From Myxococcota bacterium (GTDB lineage: Bacteria > Myxococcota_A > UBA796 > GCA-2862545), in NCBI GenBank assembly GCA_039208735.1, contig JBCCQY010000068.1:1-43692 (forward strand): a stretch of DNA of 43,692 nt. Direction: 5' to 3'. A program made the translations under genes and the position numbers. Numbering within the stretch: position 1 is the stretch's first letter; every line of letters starts with the position of its first letter. The notes under the pieces were generated by a model that ran no database searches, was not told where the DNA came from, and saw only the letters and a program-made list of their open reading frames with translations. Positions 36,502 through 43,692 of the stretch are shown here, in pieces.

Positions 36502-37467
36502 ATGATGCGTGGAGCACTTTGGCTGGGGCTTTCGCTCGTGGCCTGTTCGGGCGACGAGGGCGACGATGGCATGCCCATGGAGACTGGCGAGGATCCAGCG
36601 GCGTGCCCCAATGAACTCGAGAGCTCGTTGCCCGAAGACGGAGCCACGACCGTTAACTACCGGAGTAACCTCCGGTTTAGTTTGGCTGAGCCTGATGACA
36701 CCGCCGTCATCACGCTCGCTGACGCCGAAGGCAACGATGTGCCAGGAACGTCCCGGGTTGAGAGTGATGTCGTCATCTTCGACCCCACCGATCCGCTCAC
36801 GCCCGAGACGAGCTACACCGCGACGCTGTCGTACGAGTGCGACAAGGACGAGACGGTCTCCTTCACCACGTCATCGACGGGGCTCCCGCTCACCATCGAC
36901 CCCATCGGTCGGGTCTACAACCTCGACCTGACGACCGGTCTGTGGACGGTGCCCCCAGGCATTGGCAATCTCATCACGTCGCTCATCACGACCGACATCA
37001 GCCTGCTCTTCATGGCGGAGTCTATCGTCGAAGATGGTGACGGGGGCCCGATCATCAGCTTCATCGGTTCCAGCAAAGATCCGCTCGACCCCGACCAGCA
37101 GGACGACTGTGTTGACCCGTTCCTCGTTGAGGGCGGCATGTGGACCGACCCCTTCTTCGTGGGCGCGACCGACCAGTTGACCATCGAAGTGTTGGGTATC
37201 GAAGCCACGATCGTGAACCTCGAAATCGAGGGTGATTACACCCCGGACGGCTCGGCCATCGAGATTGCGCGGTTCGCCGGCGAAATCGATGATCGTCAGA
37301 TCGCGGCTCTCGATCTTTGTGATGCGATTTCTGTACTCGCGTCTTGCGGTCCGTGCAGCCTTGAGCCGGCGTCCGAGACGTGCATCCAGCTCCAGGTCGA
37401 AAACCTACGCCTGCCCTTCCTCGCCGACAGCAATCCGCTCGTCGCCGAGCCGGTCTGCGAAGAGTAG
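36502..37467 (+). CDS. Ig-like (Big_5/SbsA-type) domain lipoprotein
   Basis: LSLVAC lipobox; PEDGATTV...FS...VIFDP..PL.PETSYTATL; Cys-rich C-terminus; GGAGGAG RBS. Confidence 0.82.
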   Translation: MMRGALWLGLSLVACSGDEGDDGMPMETGEDPAACPNELESSLPEDGATTVNYRSNLRFSLAEPDDTAVITLADAEGNDVPGTSRVESDVVIFDPTDPLTPETSYTATLSYECDKDETVSFTTSSTGLPLTIDPIGRVYNLDLTTGLWTVPPGIGNLITSLITTDISLLFMAESIVEDGDGGPIISFIGSSKDPLDPDQQDDCVDPFLVEGGMWTDPFFVGATDQLTIEVLGIEATIVNLEIEGDYTPDGSAIEIARFAGEIDDRQIAALDLCDAISVLASCGPCSLEPASETCIQLQVENLRLPFLADSNPLVAEPVCEE

Positions 37468-37581
37468 GCACACGCTATTTTGCGGGGCCGTATCTTATGC
37501 GTCCCGCATTCTTTGAACCGGTTGGCCTGCAATGTTGGGCCTTCCGGTGTCATTCTGTATCGAACCCGTGGGAGAGCTGTG

Positions 37582-38565
37582 ATGCGATGGATTTCGATTT
37601 TGGGCGTGGGACTTTTAGGCGCCTGTTCTGGTGAAACGCTGGATGACACTGGGACGGGGGGCACGATGATGCCCCCGAACCCGACCTGTGACTCGACGCT
37701 CGCAACGATCGAACCGGCCGCCAATGCCACCGAAGTGTCGGCCGATACGTCGGTAACGGCCACGTTCGACACGGCTCTGATCGATGGCGGCACGTGGTCG
37801 CTGGCGATCGACGGTGTCGATGGCGCGGCCACATTGGCCGAGGACCGCCTCTCCGCGACCTTCGTTCCCGACGCACCGCTCGACTTCGAGACGGTCTACA
37901 ACGTGAACGTCACGGTCTGCGAAGAGATGAGCACCTTCGAGTTCCTCACCGGTGCGGCCCCTGTCGACGCGACGAACCTTGAAGGCGCGACCTTCACGAT
38001 TGCCGAAGAAGAAATCACGATCACCAACCCGGCGCTTCTCCAGACGGTGCTGGCGGGGCTCGATCAGAGCATCTTCAACGTGATTGCCCTGCAGCTCACG
38101 ACCTACGATGCCGCAACCTCGAGCTTCGACGCTGTGACGACGGTGCTCGACGAAGAGGATGCTCCGGTTTGCGAGTTCCTTGTGGCGGGCACGACCGATT
38201 TTTCGGCCAATCCCTTCCTGTCGTTTGGTCCACAGGATTTGACCATCGACATCGGCGGTGGGGCCTCGGTGACCCTCGAAGACCTGGTCGTGGAAGGCCG
38301 GGTTGCCCCTGACGGACAGTCCCTGACCAACACCGCGATCAACACACTCATCGCGCTCGAAACGGTGCCGATTTCGCTGGGTGGCCTCGACGAGCTACCG
38401 TCCTGCCCCGATGCGGTCAAGAACCCGGTGCTGGGTGCGCTTCTCATGCCCGTCTGCGCGCCGTGTGACACCAGCCCCTCGGGCGAATGCTTGGTGTTCG
38501 AGGCGACCGCGAAGTCGGCCGCGCGCAGCCTGCTCGATGTCGAAAAGGCCTGCCCGCCGGAGTAG
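37582..38565 (+). CDS. Ig-like (Big_5/SbsA-type) domain lipoprotein, paralog of the preceding gene
   Basis: LLGAC lipobox; PAANATEV..DTSVTATF...ATFVPDAPLDFETVY; similar NPF and Cys pattern. Confidence 0.82.
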   Translation: MRWISILGVGLLGACSGETLDDTGTGGTMMPPNPTCDSTLATIEPAANATEVSADTSVTATFDTALIDGGTWSLAIDGVDGAATLAEDRLSATFVPDAPLDFETVYNVNVTVCEEMSTFEFLTGAAPVDATNLEGATFTIAEEEITITNPALLQTVLAGLDQSIFNVIALQLTTYDAATSSFDAVTTVLDEEDAPVCEFLVAGTTDFSANPFLSFGPQDLTIDIGGGASVTLEDLVVEGRVAPDGQSLTNTAINTLIALETVPISLGGLDELPSCPDAVKNPVLGALLMPVCAPCDTSPSGECLVFEATAKSAARSLLDVEKACPPE

Positions 38566-38572
38566 CGCGCGC

Positions 38573-39541
38573 CTACGGGGCGGCCTGGGTCGGGTCGGCG
38601 GGAAGTTCGAGCGCCGTCAAGACCCGGGCATAGTCGGCCGGCGGAGGCACGCGGAAGGAGCGAGCCTCCTGGTCTTGCGGGTGCTTGAAATCGAGCCGCC
38701 ATGCGTGCAGCAGGGGCCGACCTCCGTTCGTGTCGACGACCCTGCGAATCCGAGCCGGAATCCGGTTGAAGTCCTTGCTGCCGTATAGACCATCACCCAG
38801 AATGCGCCATCCCTTCTCGGCGAGGTGGACGCGGACTTGATGCGTGCGTCCGGTTTCAAGACGGCATTCGATGAGGGTCACCGTGCCCGCGCGGGCCCGC
38901 ACACGCCAATGGGTCACCGCACGTCGCCCCTGGGTGGGGGGAACGGAGGCCATCCGGAGCCGGTCTCGAGGGTGGCGACCCAGGTGACTCTCGATGGTGC
39001 CGCGTTCTTCTTTCGGACGACCCAAACACAAGGCGAGGTAGCGACGACCGGCACTGTGGTCGGCAAACTGGGCCGCGAGGGCCCGATGGGCTGCGTCGTG
39101 CTTTGCCACCACCATGAGCCCTGAGGTCCCGCGATCCAGCCGATGGACGATGCCGGGCCGCAATTCGCCGCCCACCCCGGATAGGCCGTCGAGGTGGTGC
39201 AGCAGCGCGTTGACCAAGGTGCCATCAGGATGGCCGGGCGCCGGGTGCACGACCATGCCCGAGGCTTTGTTGATCACGGCGAGATCCGCGTCCTCATGCA
39301 CGATCTCGATGGGGAGATCTTGAGCCTCAACCGTGGCTTCCCGGGGGGCCGGAACCTCGACCTCGATCACCGAGGGCGGTGATACCGGCAGCGACGCTCG
39401 GGCCACGACGGCGCCATCGCACCGTACATGGCCGTTTTTCACGAGGCGCGTGGCGGCCGATCGAGAGAGCGACGCGACGTGGGTGGCAATCTGAAGGTCG
39501 ATTCGCGCTTCGGCAGAAACGACGAAGGTATGTCGCGGCAT
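38573..39541 (-). CDS. rluD: RluA/RluD family pseudouridine synthase with S4 domain
   Basis: S4-like RIDLQIA..LSRSAATRLVKNG; NKASGMVVHPAPG, RPGIVHRLDRGTSG, ETGRTHQVRVH and LHAWRLDFKHP. Confidence 0.92.
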   Translation of the reverse strand: MPRHTFVVSAEARIDLQIATHVASLSRSAATRLVKNGHVRCDGAVVARASLPVSPPSVIEVEVPAPREATVEAQDLPIEIVHEDADLAVINKASGMVVHPAPGHPDGTLVNALLHHLDGLSGVGGELRPGIVHRLDRGTSGLMVVAKHDAAHRALAAQFADHSAGRRYLALCLGRPKEERGTIESHLGRHPRDRLRMASVPPTQGRRAVTHWRVRARAGTVTLIECRLETGRTHQVRVHLAEKGWRILGDGLYGSKDFNRIPARIRRVVDTNGGRPLLHAWRLDFKHPQDQEARSFRVPPPADYARVLTALELPADPTQAAP

Positions 39542-39587
39542 GACAAACTCGGTATCGAGGCGCAGGCCAGGCGGGCAACGGCCGGGT

Positions 39588-40178
39588 ATGCTCGAGGCCT
39601 CCGAGGAGTCTCTGGTGTCTGCCTCTGACGTCCTGTCGCTCGTCGCCCTGCTTGTTTCATTGTTCACTTGGTATTGGACGAGCCTCCGCCAGTCGGTCAC
39701 CGCACCAAAGCCTCGATTTGTGGGCTTCAGCCGTGATAGTGAGGGCAATTGGTTCATGGGGGCCACCCTCACCATCATCAACCGCGGTTCCACGATGCTG
39801 GCCGTGGATTTTCTCGATGTTGAGGCGAAGACGAAGCAAGGGAAGTTCCTCTTCAACTGCTACTCAGACAGCGAAAGTTTAAACGAGCACGTGAGCCGAG
39901 AAGATGTCCGGCCCGACCAACGAAAGATGCCCCATCCGTTCGTTTTGCAACCGGGCACCTCCACGGTCAAGCACGCGGTGTTCATCGCGCGAAATGGGGC
40001 TCAGCTAGCGGAAGGGAAGTTTGTGCTGACCTTCCGAGCGGCGCTGATGGGTCGTCGACGTCCCAGGAAGCTCACGCGGATTCGGGTTCGGTTCGAAGGT
40101 GAACTCTCCCCGACGGAGACGCTGCATGTGGCGTCGTTCCGTACGCTTGACCAGTTGACGTTTGATTTCAGGGAGTGA
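39588..40178 (+). CDS. Hypothetical protein with N-terminal TM and beta-sandwich-like domain
   Basis: Hydrophobic VLSLVALLVSLFTWYW; TIINRGS...PFVLQPG pattern. Confidence 0.7.
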   Translation: MLEASEESLVSASDVLSLVALLVSLFTWYWTSLRQSVTAPKPRFVGFSRDSEGNWFMGATLTIINRGSTMLAVDFLDVEAKTKQGKFLFNCYSDSESLNEHVSREDVRPDQRKMPHPFVLQPGTSTVKHAVFIARNGAQLAEGKFVLTFRAALMGRRRPRKLTRIRVRFEGELSPTETLHVASFRTLDQLTFDFRE

Positions 40179-40203
40179 GCCCGCGTGCGCGCGGCACCGA
40201 AGG

Positions 40204-41526
40204 TCAAGCCAGCTCGGCCACCCGGGCCGCAAGCGCCGGCAGATCGTCATCGCGGAGCGTCCGCACGTCGAAAAGGACTGCGTCGTTGGATACCCGAGCG
40301 ACAATCGCCGGAGTGCCGGTGCGCAGGGCCCGGGCGACCCGATCGGGTCGCTTCGGTTGCCACTGCACCACCACCGCCGCGATGGGTTCCATGGGGCGGG
40401 CGCCGCCTCCGACGTAACCAACGTCTTCGACGATCGTGGTTTCGACTCCTGCCTCGCCAAGAGCGCGATGGAGCGCCTGAGCACGGGTCTGCAGCACGTG
40501 CGGCTCCGCGAGCGTCATGCCCGCGACGGGGGGGGCCCGACCGGCGAGGTGATCGCCTAACGTCGCTTCGAGAGCCGCCAGAATCACCTTGTCGACCCGC
40601 AAGGCTCGATAGAGCGGGTGGCGACGAAGGCGCTCGATGACCTCGGCCCGACCCGCGAGGATGCCCGCTTGGGGGCCTCCCAGCAGCTTGTCGCCCGAAA
40701 AGCAGACCACATCGACACCTTCAGCGATGACATCGGGTACGGGCTCGTCACCCAACGCGGCATCGAAACAGCCAGAGCCTAGGTCCTCGACCAGCACGAC
40801 CCCGTTGCGCCGGGCGACGTCGACTAACGCTTTGCGGTCGGGGGCCTCGGTGAATCCGGTGATGCGAAAGTTCGAAGGATGGACCCGGAGGATCACGGCC
40901 ACGTGGTCGTCGATGGCGGCCTCGACGTCGCTGGCTCGGGTGCGGTTGGTGGTGCCCACCTCTTTGAGCCGAGCCCCACCCGAGGCGATGACGTCAGGAA
41001 CGCGGAACGACCCACCGATCTCGACGAGTTCCCCGCGGCTCACGATGACGTCTCGGTCGCGGGCCAACGCCGTGAGAGCCAACAACACGGCGGCGGCACA
41101 GTTGTTCACGACGATGGCGGCTTCGGCCCCCGTGAGCAATCGCAGCTGAGCCGCAGCCCCCGACAGGCGACCTCCTCGAAGTCCACTTTCGAGCTTCATC
41201 TCGAGGTCGCAGTACCGACTGGCACGAAGTGCTGCGGCCCGTGCCGAATCCGACCAAGGAGCCCGCCCGAGGTTGGTGTGGACGACGATGCCCGTCGCGT
41301 TGATGACGGGCTTCATGCGCCCCAATTCCAAACGGTGCGCCCAGGCCTTGGCGAGCGGTGGCAGTTCTGAAGGGGGCGACTCTCCTGCAACGATCGCTTG
41401 TCGGGCGACCGCAATGGCCTGCCGCGCGGCAAGCACCGCAATGCGATCAGGCACGTCATCGAGTTGCTTCGCGAGGGTGTCGACGGCAGGTAGGGTGCGA
41501 AGCTGGGCCCGTTGCTCTTCGGTCAT
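40204..41526 (-). CDS. selA: L-seryl-tRNA(Sec) selenium transferase
   Basis: LRTLPAVD, VINATGIVVHTNLGRA, VNNCAAAVLL, SRGELVEIGGSFRVPDV, EVGTTNRT, HPSNF, EDLGSG, FSGDKLLGGPQAG (PLP Lys) and RALRVDK. Confidence 0.96.
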   Translation of the reverse strand: MTEEQRAQLRTLPAVDTLAKQLDDVPDRIAVLAARQAIAVARQAIVAGESPPSELPPLAKAWAHRLELGRMKPVINATGIVVHTNLGRAPWSDSARAAALRASRYCDLEMKLESGLRGGRLSGAAAQLRLLTGAEAAIVVNNCAAAVLLALTALARDRDVIVSRGELVEIGGSFRVPDVIASGGARLKEVGTTNRTRASDVEAAIDDHVAVILRVHPSNFRITGFTEAPDRKALVDVARRNGVVLVEDLGSGCFDAALGDEPVPDVIAEGVDVVCFSGDKLLGGPQAGILAGRAEVIERLRRHPLYRALRVDKVILAALEATLGDHLAGRAPPVAGMTLAEPHVLQTRAQALHRALGEAGVETTIVEDVGYVGGGARPMEPIAAVVVQWQPKRPDRVARALRTGTPAIVARVSNDAVLFDVRTLRDDDLPALAARVAELA

Positions 41527-43187
41527 GGCGTCTTCCGCGGCTCGAGAATGTCGCGCGATCGTACCCGCCAACCCGTCATGGGTCGCAAGCGCTGAGCGCG
41601 AGCCGAGAAGCGCTTGGCACGGCGGTAGTAGCGCGCAATCTGGTAGCCACTGACGGGCAGACGGATGCGACTCGAATCCGAATTGCCTTGAACGGCACAG
41701 GGCCAGTGCCCGGCTTTGGTGGCCGTTCGCATCATGTCGACGACGTCCTGAAAGTAGGGTCCCCCTGCGTGATCGAGGTCCCACAGTGCGATGAGGTGGA
41801 CACTGGGGGGCCGGCCCAGGCGAACCGGTGCCCAGGCGACGGTGGGGGCGAGGATGGGGCCTTCAGGACAGGCTTCCTCAAGTTCGTCGAGCAGCGTTTG
41901 CCCGGCCTCCACGAGTTGCGGTGTGGGCCGTGGGGCTTCGAAATCCACCGTCTCCAAGAGCCAGCCGAGCTGGCCTCCCGCGACGGCCAAGGCCACCCAC
42001 GGTACGAACGCCCGCGAGGACTGAAAGGCCCATCCGATGCCCAGACCCAGTCCCGCTGAGATCGCCCAGTGGGCGGGCATCACCACGTTCATGAATCCGC
42101 CGTGGTGTGCGCGCATGAGCCCGGCGATGAGCAGGGCAAAGGCACCGGTGAGCACCGCGCCGACAAACCGCCACGAGGGACCTTGGGGAAAGCGAACCAA
42201 GGTGAGGCCCCCGATCGCCCCGAACGCCACGAAGGCGCCGACAAGCGAGGTCCACGTCATAGGAACTCCACGGATCGCAGGGAGAAACCATGCGATCACG
42301 CCGCAGATCGCCGCGGCCCCCAGACCCAAGCCCAACGCTTGGGTACGACGGCCCGGCTCATCCCACGACAGAGCGAGGAGCCAGGCCGCGATGCCAAGCA
42401 GACTGGGCAATAAGACGAGTCCGATTTCGCCCGGCATGCCGATCCAAAAGCGGTTCCACGCCATGGGGTGCGAGCTGGGCACGCTGAGGAGGTAGGTGAG
42501 AAACCCTCCGTCCGAGCGCCACTGCAGGAGGCCGGTCATCAGCAGGGCAGGGCCCGCCGAGGCGAGGGTGAATCGCACGGCTGACGATACCCCCCGATGC
42601 AATCCGATCATCGCGACAAGGGGGAGTCCGAAGGCGGCGAAGTTGTGCTTGACGAGGAACGCTGCGCACAACAGCAATCCGCCCGCGACATCGGTGCCGC
42701 GGTCGCGTTCTGCCGCCAGCACGATGCTCCAGGCCAGCAGAGCCAAGCCCAGGGAGTCCGGACGGACGAGGTCGTAGAACCCTCCCGAGGCGCGAAACAG
42801 GGCGAGGAAACAGGCCGCGCCAACCAATCCCCCCAGCCAGGACCGCATGTGCCGCCAAGCCAGGGTTGCGATGGCGGCCGCCGACGCAAGGGTGGCAGCA
42901 ATCGAAACGCCTCGTCCAACTTGGTAATCAAGCCCAAATAGATCGCCGAGAGCCGCCACCACGGCCGAATAGCCAGGGGGATACACGTAGGGCACGAAAT
43001 CGGGGCTCGGGGGGGCGTATAAGGGCAACCCTCGCTGCAAACGCCACGCGTGAGCGAGCATGCCGCCTTCCATCCATTCAAGGTCGAACGGAAAGGAGAA
43101 GCGCGCCGCGAAGGTGGTCCCTACCCGGAACACGAGGACGATGGCCGCAAGGGCCACCGCCCCCACCGCCACGCGGCGTTGGATCAC
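41523..43187 (-). CDS. Polytopic membrane protein, probable GT-C glycosyltransferase (ArnT/PMT-like)
   Basis: PFDLEWMEGG...LY..P...YPPGY, RPDSLGL and VKHNF; many TMs; ATGA overlap with selA. Confidence 0.75.
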   Translation of the reverse strand: MIQRRVAVGAVALAAIVLVFRVGTTFAARFSFPFDLEWMEGGMLAHAWRLQRGLPLYAPPSPDFVPYVYPPGYSAVVAALGDLFGLDYQVGRGVSIAATLASAAAIATLAWRHMRSWLGGLVGAACFLALFRASGGFYDLVRPDSLGLALLAWSIVLAAERDRGTDVAGGLLLCAAFLVKHNFAAFGLPLVAMIGLHRGVSSAVRFTLASAGPALLMTGLLQWRSDGGFLTYLLSVPSSHPMAWNRFWIGMPGEIGLVLLPSLLGIAAWLLALSWDEPGRRTQALGLGLGAAAICGVIAWFLPAIRGVPMTWTSLVGAFVAFGAIGGLTLVRFPQGPSWRFVGAVLTGAFALLIAGLMRAHHGGFMNVVMPAHWAISAGLGLGIGWAFQSSRAFVPWVALAVAGGQLGWLLETVDFEAPRPTPQLVEAGQTLLDELEEACPEGPILAPTVAWAPVRLGRPPSVHLIALWDLDHAGGPYFQDVVDMMRTATKAGHWPCAVQGNSDSSRIRLPVSGYQIARYYRRAKRFSARAQRLRPMTGWRVRSRDILEPRKTP

Positions 43188-43692
43188 GAAAAGCCCCAGA
43201 GATCGAAGGCGAGCTTCCAGGCGAGGCGCCAGTTGCTCAAGATGGGCCAGAAGAAGATGGATAGCCCGAACAGACCCGCGGCAAAAACCGTGAGCGGAGC
43301 GGTAATGCCCATGGTCAACACTGCGCTTTGAAACAGCGTGCGCATGGGCTTCAGCTCAAAGCGGCGTCGCAGGGTCTGCTGCACGAACGGCTGGATCTGA
43401 TCCACGCTGAGCCGGGCGTAGGGACCGTGCAGGGTCTGGTCTGGGGTCAGTCGCACCTCGACGCCCCCAATCGTGATGTCGTAGCCAGCACCAGGTAGAT
43501 CGCTCGGTGTGGCGGTGAGCAACGGCTGCCCACACTGCGGACAGGTGCCCACGACTTTCACGTCGCCTTGTGCGGCCCGCGCGAGATGTGGCCAGGCTTC
43601 GCGATCTGCATCGACGGGACGGCGGCCGCCTCCCTCGGTGACGACACGCTTCCCAGACTCGTCGTGGACCTCGAGCCGGTGACACGTGGGGC
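43184..43692 (-). CDS. Zinc-ribbon-like membrane protein (5'-truncated by window edge)
   Basis: Frame stays open to the edge: (x)PTCHRLEV...VVGTCPQCGQ, then a C-terminal TM; GTGA overlap with the next gene. Confidence 0.7.
   Translation of the reverse strand, partial: PTCHRLEVHDESGKRVVTEGGGRRPVDADREAWPHLARAAQGDVKVVGTCPQCGQPLLTATPSDLPGAGYDITIGGVEVRLTPDQTLHGPYARLSVDQIQPFVQQTLRRRFELKPMRTLFQSAVLTMGITAPLTVFAAGLFGLSIFFWPILSNWRLAWKLAFDLWGFS

Overview
High-GC, gene-dense bacterial window with about 45 CDSs, many joined by ATGA/GTGA overlaps. Gene content suggests Myxococcota/deltaproteobacteria (two Hanks-type Ser/Thr kinases, three TerB-like proteins, DUF1844, Ig-domain lipoproteins); this is inference, not a phylogenetic result. 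Recognisable housekeeping genes are radC, lgt, rsfS-rlmH, folB, a pteridine reductase, yhhQ, alaS, a fabG-like SDR, bamD, an RluA/RluD-family pseudouridine synthase and selA. I found no tRNA, rRNA, CRISPR array, integrase or transposase. The most interesting observations are: (1) a 1227-aa in-frame fusion of a YyaL/SSP411 (SPATA20-like) protein with an NHLRC2/SOQ1-like thioredoxin+NHL module whose CxxC is lost; (2) a YhhQ/VUT transporter translationally coupled to a pteridine reductase and folB; (3) a WYL regulator with inverted repeats upstream, a divergent small membrane ORF and two coupled downstream genes; (4) a TIGR02996-like/LRR + TerB-membrane gene cluster; (5) hairpin-dense intergenic leaders. 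All family calls come from motif recognition by eye; no searches were run.
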